A stretch of DNA of 54,486 nucleotides, taken from assembly GCA_016176555.1 (NCBI GenBank), contig JACOWY010000006.1, positions 1 to 54,486 on the forward strand. The letters run 5' to 3'. Below are positions 27,261 to 34,217 of this stretch, piece by piece. The translations under genes were made by a program, and so were the position numbers. The notes under the pieces were generated by a model. It saw only the letters and a program-made list of their open reading frames with translations, searched no databases and was not told where the DNA came from. The DNA is from Candidatus Chisholmbacteria bacterium. GTDB lineage: Bacteria > Patescibacteriota > Microgenomatia > UBA1400 > JACOWY01. The first letter of the stretch is position 1; the number at the start of each line of letters is the position of its first letter.

Positions 27261-28379
27261 GTGTTCAAAAAAATTGTTTCCTTTGTCACTGTCCTCACCC
27301 TGGCGCTTGATCTCGCCGCCCTCCCCGTACTGGCCACGACCGTTGAGATCAGTGGCAATGGGGCCGAATCACAGAGTGTAGCCACCGTTACCCAATCTCA
27401 GCAAAGTTCCATCTCTCAATCAAACGAGGGAGATGTCAATAACAACGTCAATATTGACGCCAACACCGGCAATAACACCGCCTCGGACAACACTGGCGAT
27501 ACGAGTATCACCACTGGCGACATCCACACCAATACTGCCATCACCAATGATCTCAACCAATCCCAGGCTTCAGCCGAGTGTTGCCCTCAAGGAGCCACGA
27601 CACTCATCATCAAAGACAACGGTGCTAACTCCCAAAACACCATTACCGCCACTACCCATACCTCAGCCGAGGGCATTATCAATCAAACCGCTACGATCAA
27701 TAACACCGTCCAAGGTAATGCCAACACCGGCTACAACACCGCCAACGATAATCATGGCACTGTGAGTATCACCACCGGCAACATCTTTATCCACGAAAAA
27801 ATCGCCAATAAACACGTCAATCAAGCCATCATGACCCTGCCTCAGGATGCAGGCCCCAATGTTTCCGCCCGCATCTCAGACAACGGCCAGAACACCACCA
27901 ATACCATCACCCATAACTATGTCTCCCTCGTCAACGCCGTGGTCAACAACGTGGCAGAGATTACCAACAAAAGCCATTGGTCAGCCAACACTGGCGGCAA
28001 CGACGCTAATGACAACTTTGGTCATGTCTCCATCGACACCGGCGATATCTTAGTCTGGATCGACATTCAAAACGACGTCAACTATTCCCAAGTCGAAGTC
28101 GGCTGCTGTGAGGCCAAACCTTCACCCACCCCCACTCCTCCTCCTGGCCCCGTGCCTTCACCTCCCCCCGGTCGTGGAGGCAACGGCGGCGGCGGCGATG
28201 GAGATGGTGGCAATGGCGCAGCTGCAGCCGGTGGCAACGGCGGCGGCCAGATTTTGCCCGTCACCGGTAACAACCTGTTGCTGACCTTAACCTTTATCAA
28301 CCTCTTGCTGCTTACCTTCGGCCTCTACCTCAAGACGCCCCCTAACCGAGAGCTCAAACTCACCTTCTCCTTCGCCTAG
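27261..28379 (+). CDS. module protein 3: three Asn-rich modules, Pro-rich and Gly-rich stalk, LPXTG cell-wall sorting signal
   Basis: GTG at 27261 with RBS gaggaag. Signal peptide ..LDLAALPVLA. LPVTG at 28254-28268, followed by a hydrophobic stretch and KTPPNRELK. Confidence 0.85.
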   Translation: MFKKIVSFVTVLTLALDLAALPVLATTVEISGNGAESQSVATVTQSQQSSISQSNEGDVNNNVNIDANTGNNTASDNTGDTSITTGDIHTNTAITNDLNQSQASAECCPQGATTLIIKDNGANSQNTITATTHTSAEGIINQTATINNTVQGNANTGYNTANDNHGTVSITTGNIFIHEKIANKHVNQAIMTLPQDAGPNVSARISDNGQNTTNTITHNYVSLVNAVVNNVAEITNKSHWSANTGGNDANDNFGHVSIDTGDILVWIDIQNDVNYSQVEVGCCEAKPSPTPTPPPGPVPSPPPGRGGNGGGGDGDGGNGAAAAGGNGGGQILPVTGNNLLLTLTFINLLLLTFGLYLKTPPNRELKLTFSFA

Positions 28380-28399
28380 CGAAAATCTTTAAAGTTATA

Positions 28400-28430
28400 A
28401 AGACCGGGTCTTCGTACAAGACCCGGTCTT
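28400..28430. repeat. perfect 13-bp-stem hairpin of the RGMCCGGKYCTT..AAGRMCCGGKCTTGAAG family
   Basis: aagaccgggtctt-cgtac-aagacccggtctt followed by gaag. Related copies at 28474-28502, 29170-29200 and inside rarA at 43223-43262. Confidence 0.85.
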
Positions 28431-28473
28431 GAAGACAAACAGTTGGAGGAAAAACCACTTTAATCAAAGTAAG

Positions 28474-28502
28474 AGGCCGGGTCTTTTCACTGACCCAGCC
28501 TT
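28474..28502. repeat. hairpin of the same family (imperfect)
   Basis: aggccgggtct-tttcact-gacccagcctt followed by gaag. Confidence 0.7.
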
Positions 28503-28562
28503 GAAGCCAACCGGTTGAAGTTCCAACAAGTTCAATTTCAGTTTTGCTACAATCCCTAAACC

Positions 28563-29129
28563 ATGACCAAATCCACCCCAACTCTCGCCAGCCGCCTTGG
28601 CACCGTCCTCATCGCCGCTTCCTTGCTCTTTTTCCTCATTCTCTATGGTCCTTTCCTTCTCTTATTCCTCCCCGGTAAAACAGTCGCCGTCCCCCAAAAT
28701 CAACCTGGCCTGACTATCACCATCCCCAAAATCAATGCCCAAGCCCCGATCATTAAAGATGTTGATCCTTGGAACGAAGCAGAATATCGCACCAGACTTA
28801 AAGAAGGCGTAGCCCACGCTAAAGGCTCGAGCCTTCCGGGCGAGGGGAGTACCACCTATCTCTTCGCCCACTCCTCCGATCTGCCTTGGAATCTCACCCG
28901 CTACAACACAGCCTTTTTTCGCTTAGGCGAACTCCAACCCGGCGACGCCATCATGGTCACCGATGATGTTCAAACCTTCACCTACCAAGTTACCGCCATC
29001 AAAGTCGTCCGCCCCGACGAAGTCAAATACCTCACCCAATTTCAGGATAAAGATCAGCTCATTCTCCAAACCTGCACCCCCATCGGCACCGCCCTCAAGC
29101 GCCTCCTCGTCTTCGCCGCACCTGCCTAA
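28563..29129 (+). CDS. sortase-family transpeptidase
   Basis: N-terminal TM. Catalytic His in TYLFAHS, Cys in LILQTCTP and a downstream Arg in LKRLLVF. Confidence 0.88.
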   Translation: MTKSTPTLASRLGTVLIAASLLFFLILYGPFLLLFLPGKTVAVPQNQPGLTITIPKINAQAPIIKDVDPWNEAEYRTRLKEGVAHAKGSSLPGEGSTTYLFAHSSDLPWNLTRYNTAFFRLGELQPGDAIMVTDDVQTFTYQVTAIKVVRPDEVKYLTQFQDKDQLILQTCTPIGTALKRLLVFAAPA

Positions 29130-29169
29130 CTTAAACCTACAACTTTCGCGTTGACATATCTTGCGGTAA

Positions 29170-29200
29170 AAGGCCGGGTCTTTTGGCCAGACCCGGCCTT
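29170..29200. repeat. perfect 12-bp-stem hairpin of the same family, in the convergent intergenic gap
   Basis: aaggccgggtct-tttggcc-agacccggcctt followed by gaag. Confidence 0.85.
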
Positions 29201-29271
29201 GAAGCTCATCGGAAATACCTCATCGACACACATAAACGCTTCAAACCGATGTTGAAATTAGAAACAGCAAC

Positions 29272-30261
29272 CTAAAGCTCACAACCACCCACATCTTCGC
29301 CATCCACGCATTTGTCGACGCCAGAATTGCCTCTCAGCCGATCAGTATCGTCACCTCCATCCAAGAGGTCATTACCGCTGTCCCCACCCAGTCCGTCATT
29401 ACCACCCTCTCCGAAAATTTTGTCATTACCTGAATTACCATTCATTCGGTCGTTGCCCCCGCCGCCGTGCATCACGTCGTTCCCATTACCGCCACTCAGT
29501 CTATCCTCGCCGGGGCCACCAATACCGACGTCATTCCCCGAATCCAACTCAATCCGATCGTCACCCTCACCCCCCACTACACAATCATGCCCCGAAGCGG
29601 CAATAATCCGGTCGTTGCCGCCTTTGCCCAAAATGAATTCATGTGCCGACGTCCCCCGGAGAATATCATCGCCCTCAGTGCCCTCGATTACTTCGGTGAT
29701 AAACCCAGCGATCGGAAAGCACTCGTCGGGCAAATCAAGTTCACCCTCTTCACTGCCAAATACAAGATCAAAAATCGTCTCCGCTCCCTGCCACTGATTA
29801 TCATCTTCTCCGGGCACAAAACAGACCACAAAATCGTAGTTTACCGTTTCGGTACTGCCCACAGTCGACAAAAACACCCCATCAGGCGCGTCGCTGGCCG
29901 TAAAAAAACTGGCCAAAGTGCCATTAAATAACTCCGTGGCATCCTGCGAAATAGTCAGGTTTAGCCTCTCGGCAAAGCCCAAGGGATTTTCCGTTTCGTT
30001 ATCACTTTTTACCGCCACAGCCACACTATTTGGCCCAGTGTTTTCCGCTACCACCGTGTGCACGTCGGTGCAATCGCCCGGCAGCATCCCCGTCACTTCA
30101 AAAATCGGATCTCCGAGCGGTACGCCCAAATAGGTAATAATCAAATCTCCCACCGCCTGTACATTCGCCCCCAAAACGTTTTTCCCTTGCCACCACTCCC
30201 AGCCAAAAAAGCTCACCACAATGATCGAAGGGATAATGAGTTTGAGCAGACGTTTCTTCAT
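29272..30261 (-). CDS. TasA/camelysin-like domain fused to RTX-type calcium-binding repeats
   Basis: Start at MKKRLLKLIIPSIIVVSFF; the 18 upstream codons in the track lie in a repeat element. TasA-like MLPGDCTDVHTVVAENTG and NQWQGAETIFDLVFG. C-terminal GGxGxD nonapeptides (GGNGNDVMHGGGGNDRMNGNSGNDKIFGEGGNDGLGGDSGNDLL). Confidence 0.78.
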   Translation of the reverse strand: MKKRLLKLIIPSIIVVSFFGWEWWQGKNVLGANVQAVGDLIITYLGVPLGDPIFEVTGMLPGDCTDVHTVVAENTGPNSVAVAVKSDNETENPLGFAERLNLTISQDATELFNGTLASFFTASDAPDGVFLSTVGSTETVNYDFVVCFVPGEDDNQWQGAETIFDLVFGSEEGELDLPDECFPIAGFITEVIEGTEGDDILRGTSAHEFILGKGGNDRIIAASGHDCVVGGEGDDRIELDSGNDVGIGGPGEDRLSGGNGNDVMHGGGGNDRMNGNSGNDKIFGEGGNDGLGGDSGNDLLDGGDDTDRLRGNSGVDKCVDGEDVGGCEL

Positions 30262-30273
30262 AATCTCAAGATT

Positions 30274-30344
30274 TGTCATTCTGAAGCTGAGCTTGTCGAA
30301 GCTGAAGAATCTCATTAGATCCTTCGCGTACGCTCAGGATGACA
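30274..30344. repeat. full-length GTCATTCTGA..TCAGGATGACA element
   Basis: tgtcattctgaagctgagcttgtcgaagctgaagaatctcattagatccttcgcgtacgctcaggatgaca. Confidence 0.85.
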
Positions 30345-30372
30345 AAGTGATTATTGAAATAATTCATAATTT

Positions 30373-30780
30373 TCACAATCCTGGCGTTGGTGTTGTTCGC
30401 ACTACAAAATCACTAGGTGCAAAATTAGTTCCCGTCGCCGAATCAAGGCCGGTGGGATCCCGCTCAATCGATTCATCTGTACTTGGCTCCAAGCCAGTCA
30501 CCCCATTCCACTCAATCGTGTCTATAACCACATCGTTAGCATCCAAAAGCCTCAATAAATTGGTATTCAAATTAACTTGAGCCCCAAGATTCACTGTCAC
30601 CGCACCATTCACGTTGCCGTTTAAGCACTGCTGAATCACTCCATTACTCTTCACCAAGATGGCAAACGCCCCAGTATTGAGCGAGGTATTTGAGTTTGCT
30701 ATCGCCAACGTGTTAGTCCCGTCGCTGAGTTTAAAGTTTTGCAAGTCCACTGGTGCCCCGCTGCCATTACACAATTCCAA
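30373..30780 (-). CDS. lamin-tail-domain protein fragment; its expected signal peptide lies upstream in another frame
   Basis: QFLELCNGSGAPVDLQNFKLSDG.. and IEWNG..SIERDP..TPG are LTD signatures. The ORF opens only at a TTG just after stop codons. Confidence 0.65.
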   Translation of the reverse strand: MELCNGSGAPVDLQNFKLSDGTNTLAIANSNTSLNTGAFAILVKSNGVIQQCLNGNVNGAVTVNLGAQVNLNTNLLRLLDANDVVIDTIEWNGVTGLEPSTDESIERDPTGLDSATGTNFAPSDFVVRTTPTPGL

Positions 30781-31543
30781 AAATTGACCACATCACTAAA
30801 GTCTGCGCTATGTCATCGAAAGAAGAAGCCGCCCCAAACACATTGGCCAGGCTCGTTTCCGAGTCAAGAAAAAATGACCCGCTCACCGCCATGGTCACAA
30901 ACAACGCCCCCAAAAACGGCACGACTGTAGTGGCCAACGGTAAACCCCTTGGCTCTTTCTTAGGCAGAAGATTAATTTTGAAAGCCACGCTAACGTCTCG
31001 CCTGCGCCTCAGCCACAGCCTTAGTCGCCCCAATCCACGCTTAATTTCTCTGCCTAAATTCTTCAGTTCCTCATAAATAATAATCGTCGCCGGCACTATC
31101 ACCAGAAAAATAAACCCTTGTGGTTTCTTAGCAAAATCCACCGCATAACCCACATAGGGGACGCTCAACGTCACCGCGCCGATAATGTCATCCTTGTGCA
31201 CCAAGCCTTGATCCACCGACTTGTTGGCATCACCTTTGGTTTGGTAGAGAATCTCCTGGTCCTCGCCATCTTGCGCCAAATCATTCACTCGGTGCGTCAC
31301 CGGCAAATCTTTACCAGTGATAAAAGTAATAATGTCGCCCTGAGCATAGCCAAAGGGTTTAGGCTTCACAAACACCACGCTACCCAAAGGGATCGCCGGC
31401 TCCATGGAGCCCGACATGACCACATAGGGTTTAATCGGCACTGAGTAGCCCAAATGCCCGGCCACAAACAGTGCTCCTCCCGCCGCCATCACGGCAAAAA
31501 GGACTACCTGAAAACTAATTGAGAGAATCTTTCGCATCTTCAT
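30767..31543 (-). CDS. sipW: SipW/archaeal-type signal peptidase I (S26). The ORF continues without a stop into a second, SipW-class signal-peptide-like segment.
   Basis: MKMRKILSISFQVVLFAV.., catalytic-Ser box MSGSMEPAIPLGSVVFV, VTHRV, C-terminal TM FIFLVIVPATIIIY. Then RRRRD..LATTVVPFLGALFVTMAVSGSFFLDSETSLANVFGAASS. Confidence 0.85.
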   Translation of the reverse strand: MKMRKILSISFQVVLFAVMAAGGALFVAGHLGYSVPIKPYVVMSGSMEPAIPLGSVVFVKPKPFGYAQGDIITFITGKDLPVTHRVNDLAQDGEDQEILYQTKGDANKSVDQGLVHKDDIIGAVTLSVPYVGYAVDFAKKPQGFIFLVIVPATIIIYEELKNLGREIKRGLGRLRLWLRRRRDVSVAFKINLLPKKEPRGLPLATTVVPFLGALFVTMAVSGSFFLDSETSLANVFGAASSFDDIAQTLVMWSIFGIV

Positions 31544-31577
31544 TATCGCATTGACAGGGTTCAACCCTATCAACCTT

Positions 31578-31695
31578 TGTCATCCTGAATTTGTCCCCGT
31601 CATCCTGATCCTGAGCTTGCCGAAGGAGAAGGATCTCATGAGAGAACACGTAACCGGGGTGAGATCCTTCGGTCGCCAGCTCTCTCAGGATGACA
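31578..31695. repeat. GTCATCCTGA..TCAGGATGACA element (two left ends)
   Basis: tgtcatcctgaatttgtccccgtcatcctgatcctgagcttgccgaaggagaaggatctcat..gagatccttcggtcgccagctctctcaggatgaca. Confidence 0.85.
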
Positions 31696-31817
31696 AGTAA
31701 CCTGTTTAGCTAGTACGTAGAATTTCGTAGACCAGAACCAACAGTATTTTCTTGTCTAGTCACTAGTGCCTAGTGCCTAGTCACTATTTCTATTAGCTCT
31801 GGCCTACCCTCTTAAGG

Positions 31818-31865
31818 CTCTACGGCCAAAAGAGAGTAGTTCTCTACGGCCAAAAGAGAGTAGTT
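31818..31865. repeat. perfect 24-bp tandem duplication
   Basis: ctctacggccaaaagagagtagtt occurs twice, directly downstream of the TasA-like gene stop. Confidence 0.9.
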
Positions 31866-31878
31866 AAATTCTCGTTTA

Positions 31879-32766
31879 TTAGTCAAGTGGTTCGCAAACG
31901 AAATCAGGGTTATTTCTCGATTGCTCAACTCTAAACGAGAGATCAGCTGTTAAAGAATCAGACTGGGTGTCATTACCCATGACGTCACCGTCACAAGAAA
32001 TATCACCACCGGAAATTCCAATTCCTCCGGCACACCATGCTAGACCGATGAAGTAGTCGTTGCTACCGATAAGTGGGCCACCGCCTAATGGATCAAACAC
32101 GTTACCATTACTATCAGCTAATGGGTAAGTAACACCATTTAAGACATCGCTAGCTGGACCGCTTACGTTACTGAAAAGGGGAAACTCGTCATCGGCTGTG
32201 TTGGGCGTTTGATCATTTCCATCCGGCTCAAAGACATTATCACCGTCGTCTTTCCAGGAAAAAAATTCAAGATTTTGAGCCAGTTCACCCTCATCGTCAC
32301 CTCCCGTTGTATCACCAGCTTCCTCTTCAGGTTCTGTAAGTCCGTTGTCATCATTTTCGAGAGGACTGATATCCATACAAGCCCATGCATCGTTGTCAAA
32401 TACATGCAAGCTAATGGTATTCTCCCCAGCATCTCCCGGTTTAACATCAGAGAATGAGAAGAACTTTTCCTCAAAAAGATCTGTGAGATCCCAACTACCA
32501 TCACAAGGTTCACCAATTAAATCCGGTCTAGTTGATGTATTAGGTACATCCTCCACCCATTCGAAAACGCCAGGATCAACTTCAGTACAGGTTAGACCCG
32601 CGTAGTGAGCGGTACTATCAATTTGAAGATCCAATTCTCCAGCTTGAAAAGTATTATCAAAAGACGTCTCAGTGTCGCTAAAGAAGGCTCCGCTGGCGGC
32701 AAAAGCCGCACCAGCCACCAAAGCCACAGTCATCACACTCAAAAGAATTCGTTTCATTTTTCTCAC
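31879..32766 (-). CDS. TasA/camelysin (M73)-family secreted protein with SipW-cognate signal peptide
   Basis: RBS aaggggggtga. MRKMKRILLSVMTVALVAGAAFAASGAFFSDTETSFDNTFQAGELDL matches the SipW-class signal (FSDTETS..NTF.AG.LDL). Also FSDVKPGDAGENTISL and a late ..DLSFRVEQSRNN. Confidence 0.85.
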   Translation of the reverse strand: MRKMKRILLSVMTVALVAGAAFAASGAFFSDTETSFDNTFQAGELDLQIDSTAHYAGLTCTEVDPGVFEWVEDVPNTSTRPDLIGEPCDGSWDLTDLFEEKFFSFSDVKPGDAGENTISLHVFDNDAWACMDISPLENDDNGLTEPEEEAGDTTGGDDEGELAQNLEFFSWKDDGDNVFEPDGNDQTPNTADDEFPLFSNVSGPASDVLNGVTYPLADSNGNVFDPLGGGPLIGSNDYFIGLAWCAGGIGISGGDISCDGDVMGNDTQSDSLTADLSFRVEQSRNNPDFVCEPLD

Positions 32767-32933
32767 CCCCCTTCAGACATTCAAATATTTCTATGTATAC
32801 TTTTTCCTCTGGTTAACTCCAACACTGTCGTGCCAGACTTTCCCACCCTGAGCGAGGTTGAAGGGTTTCGGAATCGGATTGATCCCGAACTAAATTCAGG
32901 GTGCCTGAGAAAAAGTTTTCGAAACAGTTCAGA

Positions 32934-32957
32934 CAAAAAAGCTCCCAGCTTGGGAGC
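32934..32957 (-). terminator. rho-independent terminator inside the leader of the TasA-like gene
   Basis: Minus strand: gctcccaagctgggagc followed by tttttt. About 135 nt downstream of the predicted TSS and about 170 nt upstream of the ATG at 32766. Confidence 0.65.
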
Positions 32958-32974
32958 ATTCATATCATTCCAAT

Positions 32975-33120
32975 GAAGGCGGAGAAAAACGGGCAGGCTT
33001 TTCATCTTCGTAAATAAGACTTGTAGCAATCTTTTCCCCGTCTCCGTGAGCGGCCGACTTTAAAAGATTGGCCCCACTATACCAATGCCTCAATCAGCTC
33101 TGTCAACTGGATCTTTGTGT
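32975..33120 (-). promoter_or_regulatory. promoter plus leader module, copy 1 (homologous to 34029-34168)
   Basis: Minus strand: TTGACA (33106-33101), 19-nt spacer, TGgTATAGT (-10 at 33081-33076). The downstream leader contains the 9-bp stem caatctttt/aaaagattg. Confidence 0.6.
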
Positions 33121-33236
33121 GATGATGTGGGCGAAATCATGACTCAATCGATCACAGTAGTGCAACGAGTTTTTAAGCACTTCAATCAATTAAAGTGAAG
33201 TCTCCATCGTAGCCAAAGCCCTGGTCTTGACCATTC

Positions 33237-33321
33237 TGTCATCCTGAGGATCCGGCTCAGCCGGAGACGAAGGATCTCCGCTCAATGAATTGAGAGATTC
33301 TTCGTTACACTCAGAATGACA
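33237..33321. repeat. GTCATCCTGAG..TCAGAATGACA element
   Basis: tgtcatcctgaggatccggctcagccggagacgaaggatctccgctcaatgaattgagagattcttcgttacactcagaatgaca. Confidence 0.85.
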
Positions 33322-33381
33322 AATCCAGCACCTAAAACCCGCCGTTAGAGGCGGGTTGTAGGCTGTCAAAGTCAATCCAGA

Positions 33382-33717
33382 TTAAATCGCCGGCGGTGTT
33401 TGGTTCACCCGATTGGTGATGGTAATGGTGACGTCAATTTTACCTGTCTTGATTTTCACTTTGCCATCATTGTCGTCGGCACTATTGCCGCCAGTATAGA
33501 GAGTGAGCCTCAGGTCGTTATCGATGTCGGCATCGTTGTCCACATCCACTTTTACTTTCTTTTCCACTTTAAGTTCACACTTATTGTGAGAGCTGCGGCC
33601 ATTATCTTTGATCACACAGCGCAGTCGGGGTGCGGCCAAAGCTGGTCCGACGGCAAGTAAAGTTGCCATCGCCCCACCGATGATACCCACGCCAATTTTG
33701 GTTGCGAGTTTTTGCAT
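33382..33717 (-). CDS. single-module paralogue (111 aa) of the Asn/Asp-rich repeat family
   Basis: Strong RBS aggaggtga. Signal peptide MQKLATKIGVGIIGGAMATLLAVGPALA. One module: IKDNGRSSHNKCELKVEKKVKVDVDNDADIDNDLRLTLYTGGNSADDNDGKVKIKTGKIDVTITITNRVNQ. Confidence 0.78.
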   Translation of the reverse strand: MQKLATKIGVGIIGGAMATLLAVGPALAAPRLRCVIKDNGRSSHNKCELKVEKKVKVDVDNDADIDNDLRLTLYTGGNSADDNDGKVKIKTGKIDVTITITNRVNQTPPAI

Positions 33718-33965
33718 TTTTATTTCACCTCCTTTCAGCCAAGTCCGATCTATCGGACCTGGCAGACCCCGCACTGGAACCCGAATGCGAAGCCCGACTA
33801 GATGATCGAGCGAGCAAGTCGAGCCTGCCACGTACCGACTGGTACTGTGGCGACTAGTGCTGGGGCAACTACTTTGTTAATGATTAAGTAAGTCATTTTT
33901 AACACCAGAGATTAAAAGTATTTTCATAAAAACTTAAGAGTTTAGTAACAGCGGTTCTCCCACAC

Positions 33966-34001
33966 AAAAAACCGCCTTCCCAGTAGGCTCTAAGAAAGCG
34001 G
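33966..34001 (-). terminator. terminator-like hairpin inside the leader of the single-module gene
   Basis: Minus strand: ccgctttc-(14-nt loop)-gaaggcgg followed by tttttt. About 150 nt downstream of the predicted TSS. Confidence 0.5.
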
Positions 34002-34028
34002 TATCAATATAAAAAACACTGAGACGAA

Positions 34029-34168
34029 AAATAGGGCAGGCAGTCATCTCTAAACTTCAACGTTTAAAAGTGATCGTCTCTTTTTCGTCTCCGATTGCGG
34101 CCAACCCCAAAAAGACTGACGCCACTATACCAATCCCCCAACAGACCCTGTCAACTGCATCTTTATGT
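34029..34168 (-). promoter_or_regulatory. promoter plus leader module, copy 2
   Basis: Minus strand: TTGACA (34154-34149), 19-nt spacer, TGgTATAGT (-10 at 34129-34124). Roughly three-quarters identical by eye to copy 1 over about 140 bp. Confidence 0.6.
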
Positions 34169-34217
34169 AAACCTGTGAATAAAAGCGGAGCAAACTTGTA
34201 CTTTGAACCAATACTCG

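Noticed and set aside
23755-28379. The periodic DNA repeats might be a CRISPR array or a DGR variable region, given the many AAC/AAT codons.
   Set aside because: The repeats are in-frame coding modules of about 264 bp with no unique spacers. No cas genes, reverse transcriptase or template repeat are present in the window.
29312-29931. Two plus-strand ORFs of 161 and 154 aa.
   Set aside because: They are antisense to the RTX-repeat region of the TasA-like/RTX gene. GGxGxD repeats generate long open antisense frames.
32781-33375. Minus-strand ORFs 32781-33029 (82 aa) and 33190-33375 (61 aa).
   Set aside because: The first spans the leader and terminator region. The second is generated by the GTCATCCTGAG element. 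Neither has an RBS or a recognisable fold.
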